Made by a program: the position numbers and the translations under genes. A stretch of DNA of 64,000 nt from Nitrosopumilus sp. (lineage in GTDB: Archaea > Thermoproteota > Nitrososphaeria > Nitrososphaerales > Nitrosopumilaceae), in contig CBDBLO010000002.1 in NCBI GenBank assembly GCA_965207075.1, forward strand, positions 992,001 to 1,056,000, in the 5' to 3' direction. The notes under the pieces were generated by a model, which was given only the letters and a program-made list of their open reading frames with translations, ran no database searches and was not told the origin of the DNA. Shown here piece after piece: positions 38,064 through 47,603 of this stretch (the stretch's first letter is position 1; each line of letters opens with the position of its first letter).

Positions 38064-39212
38064 ATGGCAACCACACGCAGCACATCAAAGTCTACAAGGA
38101 CATCCCGCGCTACTAAAAAGGACCTCGAGTCAAAGATTGCGGAACTAGAGGCGAAGCTGGCAAGCCTGTCTGAGCAGCTGGGGCCAAAGCCTGCTCCAGA
38201 GCCAAAGAAGGAGCCAAAGCCAGAGCCCAAAAAGGCCGAGGCAGCGGCGGAGCCCAAGAAGGCCAAAAAGGCCGAGGCAGCGGCGGAGCCCAAGAAGGCC
38301 AAGGGCACGCTTCCAAAGGGATTTGACAAGGCAGCCCCCAAGCCCGAGCCCAAAAAGGCCGAGGCAGCGGCGGAGCCCAAGAAGCCCAAGGGCACGCTTC
38401 CAAAGGGATTTGACAAGGCAGCCCCCAAGCCCGCCCCGAAGCCCGAGCCCAAAAAGGCCGAGGCAGCGGCGGAGCCCAAGAAGCCCAAGGGCACGCTTCC
38501 AAAGGGATTTGACAAGGCAGCCCCCAAGCCGGCGGCGGCAGAAAAGCCAAAACCGGCCGAGTCTGCCAAGCCACCCGCGGCCACCGTTGCGGCCGCCCTG
38601 GAGGACGCGTACTATGACGCCCCGCAGACTGACTTTCACAAGTACCGCACCAACGTCACGGGCTATTCGCCTGCGGCGAACCGGTACTATGTCAGGCTGA
38701 CGGCCCCCGTGGGCACGGTTCCAACCACAAACTGGAACGAACAGAAGGCAAAGGTTACGGGGTACACGCAGCCCTCGGACCAATACTTTGCAACGCGGCC
38801 TAGGCTTGCATACCATCCTCCGGACAAGAGGTTTGGAAGCTTCAGCGGGACGGCCATGAAGGTGGAGGGCGTCTCGGCGTCCGGCAGCAGCAGTGCGCAG
38901 GCCGAAAAGCAGTCACCGCCGCCACCGCCGCCACCACCCGCAGAGGCCCAGCAGCAGTCACCGCCGCCGCCACCACCCCCCGACGACCGCAACAGGTCGC
39001 AGAAGCTTGCCGACTATGAGGCAGACTATCTAAATCGGCTGGAGGAGCAGCGGCAAGAGGCAGCCAAGGCCGTGGCAGAGCAAGCGGCAGCCGAGGCAGC
39101 CGAGGCAGCGTCTGCATCCGACTCCGGAAAGCGCGGGGCGCTTCCAAAGGGATTTGAACCAAAGCCTGAACCTCCAAAGAAACCCCGAGGGACATTGCCA
39201 AAAGGCTTTTAG
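38064..39212 (+). CDS. Lys/Pro/Ala-rich repeat protein with KGTLPKGF motifs (paralog 2)
   Basis: Same architecture as paralog 1 plus poly-Pro and a second helix; ends RGTLPKGF*. Confidence 0.88.
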   Translation: MATTRSTSKSTRTSRATKKDLESKIAELEAKLASLSEQLGPKPAPEPKKEPKPEPKKAEAAAEPKKAKKAEAAAEPKKAKGTLPKGFDKAAPKPEPKKAEAAAEPKKPKGTLPKGFDKAAPKPAPKPEPKKAEAAAEPKKPKGTLPKGFDKAAPKPAAAEKPKPAESAKPPAATVAAALEDAYYDAPQTDFHKYRTNVTGYSPAANRYYVRLTAPVGTVPTTNWNEQKAKVTGYTQPSDQYFATRPRLAYHPPDKRFGSFSGTAMKVEGVSASGSSSAQAEKQSPPPPPPPPAEAQQQSPPPPPPPDDRNRSQKLADYEADYLNRLEEQRQEAAKAVAEQAAAEAAEAASASDSGKRGALPKGFEPKPEPPKKPRGTLPKGF

Positions 39213-39259
39213 CCGTTTGACGCGTCCCGCCTATTTTCTTCTTTATTGTTTCGCAGCGC

Positions 39260-39730
39260 CTACGCTGGCCTGCTGCGCTCAAACTCTTCAAGCACGTCCT
39301 TGGCGTGTCCTGCGGGCCTTACCTTGCTGTACACCTTGAACACCGTCCCCTCTTCGTCCACAAGAAACGTACTCCTGTTGACTCCCATGTATTCGCGTCC
39401 CATGAATTTTTTCTTGCCCCAGACGCCAAACGCTTCTGCTACCTTCTTGTCGGTGTCGGCCAAAAGCACGTACGGTATGCCCATCTTTTTGCAGAACTTG
39501 CCGTGCGATTCGACGCTGTCCGGACTGATGCCGACCACCTCTATGCCTCTCTTCCTAAACTCGTCGTACGCCTTTGAGAATTCGTCTGCCTCGGTTGTGC
39601 ATCCCGACGTAAAGTCCTTTGGGTAAAAGTAGATCACGTACTTTCTGCCCCTGAGGGCGCCAGAGCCCGTGGCGTTCCCGGACACATCCATGAGCTCAAA
39701 TGCCGGCACCTTGTCACCGTCCGTCAGCAT
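39260..39730 (-). CDS. bcp: Peroxiredoxin, BCP/PrxQ type
   Basis: YFYPKDFTSGCTTEA and RSTFLVD motifs. Confidence 0.93.
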   Translation of the reverse strand: MLTDGDKVPAFELMDVSGNATGSGALRGRKYVIYFYPKDFTSGCTTEADEFSKAYDEFRKRGIEVVGISPDSVESHGKFCKKMGIPYVLLADTDKKVAEAFGVWGKKKFMGREYMGVNRSTFLVDEEGTVFKVYSKVRPAGHAKDVLEEFERSRPA

Positions 39731-39953
39731 GGTTGTCCGCACCTGATGGTTGTTTTATACCTTGAGCGCGGGACAGACGCCGCGAGCGGTAACTGCCCGA
39801 CACCCCCGCGATACTGCCCCCGTGACGGCCGGATGTATGGGCACATGTATGATCCGGTGTGCGGCGTGATCGGATATTGAACGGGGAGTAACGTTGGACG
39901 GTTACCCTCACGCGTTGCGAATCTTTTATATGTAAAATTACGTGTGTTGCCGC

Positions 39954-40667
39954 ATGGCCAATCCCCGGGCGTATCTTGCTGAAGCCATTGCAACATACGG
40001 ACTTGTCTTTTTTGGACCGCTCTCTGTAATATTGGCAATCGCGTCATTTGGCGAAGAGCTGACCACCCAGTCCGTCCTCTTCATATCGCTCGGACACGGC
40101 GGCGCAATTGCACTTATGATATACGCGTTCGGACATGTTTCCGGGGCGCACATCAACCCTGCAGTCACCATACCGATGATGATTACAAAGAAGATCGGTG
40201 TCAGCGACGGCATTGCGTATATAGCGTCGCAGCTGGTGGGTGCCGTGGCCGCGGCCGCTACGCTAAAGGCCATACTTCCGGAGCTGGGTGCAAAGGTTAA
40301 CTTTGGCACGCAGGGGGGACCCAGCGACCTCATAAACAACAGCGTCGGATCCGGCTTTGCAATAGAGGCAATCCTGACGTTCTTTCTGGTTACGGTCATA
40401 TTCATGACGGCCGTCCACAAGAGGGCATCGCCGGGATGGCACGGCTTTGCAATAGGCGGGATGGTCTTCCTGATCCATCTGATTGCGGTACCGCTGACGG
40501 GCGCGTCCGTAAACCCGGCAAGGACGTTTGGGCCCGCGCTCATATCTGGCTTTTGGGAGTTTCACTGGCTGTACTGGGCCGCGCCTATCCTGGGCGGCAT
40601 CATAGCGGGCCTGATAATGAACTACGTATTCGTCAAAAAGGCCGACGCAGAGGCAGCCGAAGCCTGA
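39954..40667 (+). CDS. Aquaporin (MIP family)
   Basis: SGAHINPAVT and GASVNPART NPA motifs, multiple TM helices. Confidence 0.95.
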   Translation: MANPRAYLAEAIATYGLVFFGPLSVILAIASFGEELTTQSVLFISLGHGGAIALMIYAFGHVSGAHINPAVTIPMMITKKIGVSDGIAYIASQLVGAVAAAATLKAILPELGAKVNFGTQGGPSDLINNSVGSGFAIEAILTFFLVTVIFMTAVHKRASPGWHGFAIGGMVFLIHLIAVPLTGASVNPARTFGPALISGFWEFHWLYWAAPILGGIIAGLIMNYVFVKKADAEAAEA

Positions 40668-40683
40668 AAACCTTTAAAAAAAT

Positions 40684-41202
40684 TTGGCACGCCATGGCCC
40701 CATGGTCAAGGGCGCCGACAGCAGACACAATGCTGGTGTGGGAGCCGCCGCCGGGGTGCTTGCCGCGCAGTGCTCAGAGATGAAGGAGATTGTAGAGTCT
40801 GCAGAGGGGTGGAGCAACGGGGAGCGGCCGGAGCGCGACGGCCTGGATGATCTCATAAATGCATACTATGCAGTGTCAAACGTCATGACGCTCACAGGAA
40901 CGCTAAAAGATACGGCCTGTGATGGCAGCCTGCCTGGGCTGATATCCGACGCCGAGTCCTTTGTCTCCAAGCGCTTTGATGACGCACTGCACAGGGATGC
41001 AAAACGCGTGATAAACGACATGATACGGGACATCGTAGGCGAGCTGACGCCCTCCTCGCGGCTGTCGTCATTGCAGGACGGGGCCGCTCCCGCAAACGGG
41101 GCCGCCGAATCCGAAAAGTATGCCCGGCTCAGAAAACTCATGAGCGTGCGCGAGTTTGTGGGACAGTACGATGCAATGGTGCGCGATCGTGCCGGACTCT
41201 AA
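40684..41202 (+). CDS. Hypothetical helical protein
   Basis: 172-aa ORF; start uncertain. Confidence 0.6.
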   Translation: MARHGPMVKGADSRHNAGVGAAAGVLAAQCSEMKEIVESAEGWSNGERPERDGLDDLINAYYAVSNVMTLTGTLKDTACDGSLPGLISDAESFVSKRFDDALHRDAKRVINDMIRDIVGELTPSSRLSSLQDGAAPANGAAESEKYARLRKLMSVREFVGQYDAMVRDRAGL

Positions 41203-41349
41203 TGGTGGCCCCGATGATGGTGATGATGACGGTGATGCTGACGGTGACGCCTACAACGACAATCGTTCTGACAACGGCGCTGCAGCCTCTGACGAAAACA
41301 CATGTCGTGACTTGGACAGATCCGACTCGGGCCCGTGACTGCGTGAAGG

Positions 41350-42213
41350 GTGACGGCCTTGAATGAACCCGCTCTGGAATCTACGACATCCCCCGGTCCC
41401 GCCGATACGCTTGCCAAGACTCTCTGCCGCATAAAGCGGGACTTGGCATCGTCACGGCCCGCAGCCCAGATTGCGGAGGCAGTACCCGCCGTGCCTTCAG
41501 ACGAATTCCAGATACCCAAGGATGATCTTCAACTGCTGCACAGATTCGCATCTGAGAACCCTATCTATCGAGATTCGCATGAGTCCGTATTGCACGGCAT
41601 ACGGTGCATTGTATACGAGGGTGATGCCAACAAATACTGGCTTGGGAGCATACTACACGAGGCGAGTCGCGCGCCGTTTTCGCCCACGTGGATTGCGTCC
41701 GCATACGTGTTGGCGCGGTTCGTCAAAGGCCTTGGATACCATCAGGTCGTAGATGTGGGTTCTGGAGATGGGCGGATTGCATTCTGCGCGTCCGTGCTCG
41801 GTATGGATGCCCATGGCATCGAGATAGACACGGAGTTGGCGGGGCTCCAGAAGCGGCTCTCCCGCCTGTCCAGCTTTGAGGCTCACTGCATCGACGCAAC
41901 AGAATTTGACTATGCGATGATGAATTCCGACCTTCCTGCAGTGGTCTTTGTGGGAGGCCTTGCTCAGATGGGTGGCGATATTATGGCATCTGGAATAATG
42001 GACAGGCTTGCAGCAGCAGGGCACAAGATGCCGGGGTGGGTGTTTGCCGGAACAATATCCCCCAAGTATGCCCCCGATCCGGAGGGGATGCACGGATGGG
42101 GGAAGACTATGAGGCGCGCCGGGCTGCGACATGCCGCAACCGTGGCATTGCCGTCTGCCTGGACGTTTAACCAGACAGACGACACGCAGTATGTTTTTGC
42201 CTCGAAGCCGTAA
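41350..42213 (+). CDS. SAM-dependent methyltransferase-like protein
   Basis: VVDVGSGDGRI..GIEID motif I. Confidence 0.75.
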   Translation: MTALNEPALESTTSPGPADTLAKTLCRIKRDLASSRPAAQIAEAVPAVPSDEFQIPKDDLQLLHRFASENPIYRDSHESVLHGIRCIVYEGDANKYWLGSILHEASRAPFSPTWIASAYVLARFVKGLGYHQVVDVGSGDGRIAFCASVLGMDAHGIEIDTELAGLQKRLSRLSSFEAHCIDATEFDYAMMNSDLPAVVFVGGLAQMGGDIMASGIMDRLAAAGHKMPGWVFAGTISPKYAPDPEGMHGWGKTMRRAGLRHAATVALPSAWTFNQTDDTQYVFASKP

Positions 42214-42467
42214 CGGCGTGCAGATTGGGATCATCATACCCGATTCTAGTTAATGATATCATTGAGTCTGTCCGCCCGGCGCGCGCCATTTACGTATCGG
42301 CCGCGCCACCGTTGTTGATCTGGACGAATCCGATTTGTTGAATTCGGCCCCATTTTCTCGATTTGAGAACAAGATCCGGTACCTGCATGCGCCGTGATAA
42401 CAGTGTCGATCTATGCCCGCACGCCTGATCAGCAATTTACATTAAGCGCGTCTTATGGCCCCATAAC

Positions 42468-42542
42468 GGACTCGTTGCATAGCATGGATAGTGCGAACGC
42501 TTGCGGAGCGTTAGGTCGCCGGTTCGAATCCGGTCGGGTCCG
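42468..42542 (+). tRNA. tRNA-Arg(GCG)
   Basis: GGACTCG/CGGGTCC acceptor, AACGC-TTGCGGA-GCGTT anticodon arm, GGTTCGAATCC. Confidence 0.95.
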
Positions 42543-42652
42543 CTTCCACTCCTGGTTTGGATCCTGTGAGCTGCGATGACGCGCCCGTCAGGCCGCGAGG
42601 CTACAAATTGAGTCCCGTGCAAGCATCGCGTCTATTACCTCGCAGGATGTGG

Positions 42653-43440
42653 CTAGTTGTCTAGCGCTGCTGCTGCTGTTGTTGTTGCTAGACCTGTCAT
42701 ATTGTTGGCGCCCTGCATGACGCGGAGCGCCTCTAGCATCAGGTCCATCTGCTCTGACGTCACTTTGTGTATCGTGTGGTGCATCTCCTCTTTCTGCTCC
42801 AGTACGGGATCTTTGTCCGTCATCGTGTTTTCGAGGTCGAGTAACTCTTCATATCTTGCAAAGGATTCTCGCATCTCCAGCAGCAGAACCTCTGGCAGCA
42901 TACCCTTGTTTGTGGTGTATTTTGACCCCATCGATCCCTTGCGCCCTGTAAAGAACATTCGAAAGTCGTGTGCAATCTTGCCTTTGGACTCTGCTACCAG
43001 CAGCTCGGTATCAAAGTAGGCGCGCAGGATGCACGGCCTTCACGAAAAGCGGGGGTGAAACACCACCCGTATCTCCTTGCCGATGTGCTGCGGGGGCAGG
43101 AACGCCTTGCCGCTGTCTGCACCTCTGTCGGTCTTGTATCTGTGGCCCGGCGCAATCATTGCAAGTTGCTTGCTCAGGCGCGCCTTGCACGCCCCGCCTC
43201 CGGCAGGGTGCCGCATGCGGCAAGAGGGTTCCGATCAGGGCGGCGCCAGCGACGACGGGGCGCGCGGTTGCAGTGTGGCGGGCATGTGGACTGCACGGGC
43301 GCCGGAACGCAACGCGGCCGCGACGTCGCGGACCAACCGGATCGTGTCTGCTCCCTGTTCCCGCATCTCCACACTGCGGTTGCGCCGCGGGTACCCATCT
43401 AGGACCGCAAGCGTGATCCGGAACGGCAGTTCATACAGAT
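42653..43440 (-). pseudogene. Decayed tyrosine integrase next to tRNA-Arg
   Basis: Reads ..PRFS*RPCILRAYFDTELLVAESKGKIAHDFRMFFTGRKGSMGSKYTTNKG..; resembles the archaeal integrase catalytic end (R, H replaced by R, Y) with an in-frame stop; 5' limit approximate. Confidence 0.75.
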
Positions 43441-43495
43441 AAGCGGCTGCGCGCAAGGCCTCCTATGACGAGTTAAAATAAAAAAAGTGGTTGGA

Positions 43496-43624
43496 CTACG
43501 CTCTTGCAGTCACACAGATCTCTGTAGCGCATTCACACGCTGTCGAATCGCAACCGCACTCGGTCTTTGGCGCGCAGTTACATTCGCTGTTGGCCGCGAT
43601 TTGCTCGGCACATGAGTCTACCAT
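43496..43624 (-). CDS. Small Cys-rich metallothionein-like protein (42 aa, 8 Cys; not in ORF track)
   Basis: MVDSCAEQIAANSECNCAPKTECGCDSTACECATEICVTARA*; TTTTAAAA box upstream and T-tract downstream. Confidence 0.82.
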   Translation of the reverse strand: MVDSCAEQIAANSECNCAPKTECGCDSTACECATEICVTARA

Positions 43625-43773
43625 GCATGTACATGCATTTGGTATATTTTAAAAGTTTTGGACTCTGGCTCTTGCGAATTCGGAATCCGTCAAACGACAG
43701 AACTGCATTATTGCACGTACATTGTGACACTATGTATTGGCATATTATTGTGGCAATTGATGTATGCGCCAAT

Positions 43774-43926
43774 ATTAATAATAATAATGGGATTGATCAT
43801 AGGTATCAATTAATAAAAATGGGACTAATCATGGTATCAATTAATAATAATAGAGTTAATCATAGTATCAATTAGTAATAATAGAGTTAATCATAGTATC
43901 AATTAGTAATAATGGGACTCACCATG
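43774..43926. repeat. AT-rich 31-bp tandem repeat, about 4.7 units
   Basis: Consensus ATTA(A/G)TAATAAT(A/G)G(A/G)..TAATCAT(A/G)GTATCA. Confidence 0.88.
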
Positions 43927-43981
43927 TGTGTTGATTAATAAACGCAAAGATATAAAATATGAAGCGGAAGTATCCGTCAGC

Positions 43982-44452
43982 ATGATAAGTGAAGGTGACA
44001 CGGTACCGTCCTTTGAACTCCCGGATTCTCCAGGGACACTCAAAAGCTCCAAGGATTTTGCAGGCAAGAAGCACGTGATCTATTTTTACCCAAAGGACTT
44101 TACGCCGGGCTGCACCATCCAGGCCGACGAGTTTGGAAGTCTGTATGATGAATACCAGCGCCGCGACATAGAGGTTGTCGGGATCAGTCCGGACAGCGTC
44201 GAGTCGCATGAAAAATTCCGCGAAAGGAAGAAGATTCAGTACGTGCTGATGGCAGACACGCAGCATGAGGTGGCAAAAATGTTCGGAGTGTGGGGCATGA
44301 AAAAGGTCGGAGACAAAGAGCGCGAGGGAGTGATAAGAAGCTCGTTTCTCGTAGGAGAGGACGGGATCATATTCAAAGCATATACCAAGGTAAAGCCGAC
44401 GGGACATGCAAGCCAGATCCTAGACGACTTTGACGGCGCCGCCTCTTCTTGA
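43982..44452 (+). CDS. bcp: Second BCP/PrxQ peroxiredoxin
   Basis: YFYPKDFTPGCTIQA and RSSFLV; paralog of 39260-39730. Confidence 0.92.
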   Translation: MISEGDTVPSFELPDSPGTLKSSKDFAGKKHVIYFYPKDFTPGCTIQADEFGSLYDEYQRRDIEVVGISPDSVESHEKFRERKKIQYVLMADTQHEVAKMFGVWGMKKVGDKEREGVIRSSFLVGEDGIIFKAYTKVKPTGHASQILDDFDGAASS

Positions 44453-44625
44453 TTAAAATAGGAAAAATGGCGGCATTTCGACTTTCTGAAGTGAACTTGG
44501 GCGCGAAATGAGTGTCTGTGGTCTGTCTTGCCTGTGACACACATGCGAATGGGTCGGCCGTACATGCGGCGTGCGCCGTTGCGGGGCTCAAGTATCTGCA
44601 CCTATAAAAATATTTGATCGGGTTT

Positions 44626-44855
44626 CTAAAGTGTATTGTATGAAAATGATTTCGCCTCGTCGTTGGTGTCCTTCTCCGTCCATTTCGGGTTGCTCCCCAT
44701 GACCGTATTCGATGCCTTTTTGTTGTGAAGCGCCTGCAGCGGGATCTCGCCCATGCCTGTGTCAAGGAACCAGCGCAACCACTTCTCGTTATGATACGCG
44801 ACAAACTCCGACAGGCTCCCAAAGCTGTGCAGACCATCTTCAAGTATGTGGTGGG
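44626..44855 (-). pseudogene. 3' remnant of an IS481-like (integrase core) transposase
   Basis: FVAYHNEKWLRWFLD..P resembles a degenerate YN..R.H.SL...P; TGT-starting end sequence near 44632. Confidence 0.5.
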
Positions 44856-44982
44856 GCCGCTCGGACCCGCCTCCACTCTGGGCTCGGGCCCTGCGTGATG
44901 TCCTCTGATAATGCACCTATCCATCAGCACATCTACGAATCTGCAACTGCGCGCATCCATTCGTTCTCACAGCCGGATATGA

Positions 44983-45200
44983 CTAGCTGCTGAGTGCGTG
45001 CACCGGGCCTGTCATATTGCCGGCGCTCTGCATGGTGCGCACCCCTGGCACTAGGCTCATCTGCTCTGGCGTCGCCCTGTGTGTCGTGTGGCCCATCTCT
45101 TGCTTCTGCTCCGGTACGTAATCCTTGTCTGCTGCCACGCTATCAAGGTCGGGGAGCTCTTCGAACCTTGCAAACGTATTGCGCGCCTCCTGTTGGTGTC
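44983..45200 (-). pseudogene. Second integrase C-terminal remnant
   Basis: FARFEELPDLD..DKDYVPEQKQEMGHTTHRATPEQM aligns with FARYEELLDLE..DKDPVLEQKEEMHHTIHKVTSEQM of 42653-42870. Confidence 0.75.
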
Positions 45201-45388
45201 CGAATACTATCCTACGTTCACCGACCTGAGAAGTATCGTGTCCGAATACTCCCATACACCGAAGCTCGAGATTGACATGCGCGTGTATCATGACATGGGC
45301 CGTGCCAACATTCAAGATCTTTTGGCCTTAGCTATGAGCCCCGGGTATTCCGCAGCCTAATAAAAAAAAGAAAAGTCGAAGAAAAGAC

Positions 45389-45712
45389 TTAGGAAGCCTT
45401 GTATTCGTTGCAGTCGCATGCAGGCGCACTGTCCGCTCCACATATGTCATCGGCGGAGCCGTGCGTGCACGCTCCTGTTTCGTATGCCGTTGCCTCGTGG
45501 TGGTGCGACTCGGTATGCCCACAGTCACCGCAGTCGTCAGTGTTGTCGCCCTTGGTAAAGGTAGAGCACTCACACTCGCTTGCGGCGGTTTGCCCGCAGT
45601 TGTCACTGCTAGAGCCGTGTGTGCACGCGCCGTCGGCCATAGAACCGGCGTGGTGATGAGCTTCACTGTGTCCGCACTCACACGCGTCGGCCGTTGCTGC
45701 CATAGTTGACAT
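45389..45712 (-). CDS. Cys/His-rich two-repeat putative metal-binding protein
   Basis: Two copies of C..CGH.E.HHH..GACTHGS..D.CG..C.C; TTTTTAAG box about 22 nt upstream; T-tract terminator. Confidence 0.85.
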   Translation of the reverse strand: MSTMAATADACECGHSEAHHHAGSMADGACTHGSSSDNCGQTAASECECSTFTKGDNTDDCGDCGHTESHHHEATAYETGACTHGSADDICGADSAPACDCNEYKAS

Positions 45713-46280
45713 GGCCTTTGGCATGCGCATGGCCTTAAAAATATACTTGCCGCGTTCTGGTTTTTGTATTATGCAATAGTTAATTTTTAATTAATTGTTA
45801 TTCATATGGGGCTATTTTATATCAACATCCTGAAAGTTGAAGGCGCGCGCCGCGCCCTGAATTTTTCCCGCGACAGTCCGGGCGACTGCCCTGCCCGCAG
45901 GCCGTGACGCCGGCGTCTGCGCCTGGCACGGCCGTCTTGTCTGAGCGTGCAACTTTTGTATCAAAAACCCACAAGGCTGGGTGGTTGCCGGAGTGACTGT
46001 GCAGTGGTTTGAACAAGGATCCGGCAATGCTGCAGACGCATCTGCGATCCAAAGCTCACACGTATCGTGACGTTTTCCTGTTGGCGTATTTGAATATGAG
46101 CTGATTTGACTGCAAGCTCGGCCAGCGGCACGTATCTGCTCGCAGCGTGGCCCTCACTGTGCTGTAGTTGGTGAACGCGCCAGACATCGTCCCCTGGGAC
46201 GCCCGTGACGATTCCGGATCCGACGGCCAGACGTGCCCCGCCCTGAACCTTTCGTGTAAGGATCCAAGCGTCATCTATGT

Positions 46281-47603
46281 GGCTGCATCCGGCGGTTATA
46301 TACTCGATTAAGTGGATAGGTTAGAATCTGCAACGTCAAAAAATTTTACAATATGCTTTGCTTTTCTAAAAACTGCGCATATAGATCAGCGGATCTGATC
46401 ATGTCCAGTGACCTCAGAGGAGAAGCGTGATCAGCGGGCGTACGACCTGGTAAAGGGGCACCTCTCGGGACTGATACTCAACACCATGGTCAGGATCGTG
46501 GGCGAGCTTGACGCACCCTACGTAAACAGGCCCGGAATAGGCGGCCCCCGGGGATATCCGCCCAGGGCCATGGCCGTCGCGTGCATGATACGGGACGCCG
46601 AGAGGAAGACGTTTCACGTGGCCGCGTCGTATTTGCGCGCCCACCCGGACGTGGCCGAAAGGATCGGGTTTGGGCCCGGCGGCACGCCCGGGGCGAGCAC
46701 CATCAACGACGCCTACGCCAGGATACCGGAGTCGTACTTTTACGAGGTGCACAGGAGGGTGGCGTCGGGGCTGGAGCGCGGCAGGGTGCACGCCGGCGAC
46801 GCCACGGGCGTCGCGGAGCGCAGGTCCGACAGGTGGGTCGACTTCAGGACCGACAGGGTCAGGCACAGGAAGGGCTGGATCAAGCTGCACGCCGTAGTAG
46901 ACGTCGGGTCGCGCGTAATCACCGACTATTTCGTGACCCGGAGCCGCGTCTCGGACATCGCGGGCATGCGCACCCTGCTTGACCGGTTCGGGCCGTGCCT
47001 GGACGCGGACGGAAGCGCGGACTTTTGCCTGGACTCGGCGTATTTGGCAAGGGAGATGTGCAGCCGGCTTGCCGGCATGGGGTTTGCGCCGTACATCAAG
47101 CCCAAGAAGAACACGTCGCACAACGCCCGCGGCAGCCGGCCGTGGCGCGTGATGGTGGACCTGTACAACGACGACCTGCCCGAGTTCAAGCGGCACTACC
47201 ACCAGCGCAGCGTCATAGAGGCCGTGTTCGGGGCAATCAAGACCATGTACGGCAGCTACGTCACGTGCAGGCGGAAGGACAACCAGCGCAGGGAGATGGC
47301 GGCCCGCATCATATGCTACAACATCGAGCTGATCGCGCGGCACGATGTAAGGAGCGGCAGGCTTACGCGCCAGTCGCTCGAGGCCGTTGCGGCCTAGAGC
47401 ATGCATTTAGTGACCTCCGAAGAGAATGCATGCGGAGCGCAGCCTGCGCACGGTTGGTTGGACTGTACGCCGTTTAACCTTTTTTGAAGGGGTTTTTGCG
47501 TGTCTTGTGCAGTGACTCCCACCGGAGCGCAAATCTCCGTTCTTCATATGGTCAAATTGGAACCGCGGTTGTTCGACGTGGTATATAACCGCCGGATGCA
47601 GCC
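46281..47603 (+). mobile_element. IS5-family insertion sequence
   Basis: Perfect 23-bp TIRs GGCTGCATCCGGCGGTTATATAC; direct repeat TCATCTATGT at 46271-46280 and 47604-47613. Confidence 0.93.
46408..47397 (+). CDS. IS5-family DDE transposase
   Basis: GDATG, WIKLHAVVD, LDSAY, YHQRSVIEAVFGAIK. Confidence 0.92.
   Translation: MTSEEKRDQRAYDLVKGHLSGLILNTMVRIVGELDAPYVNRPGIGGPRGYPPRAMAVACMIRDAERKTFHVAASYLRAHPDVAERIGFGPGGTPGASTINDAYARIPESYFYEVHRRVASGLERGRVHAGDATGVAERRSDRWVDFRTDRVRHRKGWIKLHAVVDVGSRVITDYFVTRSRVSDIAGMRTLLDRFGPCLDADGSADFCLDSAYLAREMCSRLAGMGFAPYIKPKKNTSHNARGSRPWRVMVDLYNDDLPEFKRHYHQRSVIEAVFGAIKTMYGSYVTCRRKDNQRREMAARIICYNIELIARHDVRSGRLTRQSLEAVAA

Noticed and set aside
43567-43875. 102-aa ORF spanning the AT-rich repeats
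   Set aside because: It overlaps the better-supported Cys-rich gene and its promoter on the opposite strand, and its composition simply reflects the repeat.
43774-43926. 31-bp repeats as a CRISPR array
   Set aside because: Units are head-to-tail without unique spacers, and there are no cas genes in the window.
46056-46274. Possible further integrase or gene remnant next to the IS5 element
   Set aside because: No recognisable motif in any frame by eye; cannot be supported without a search.
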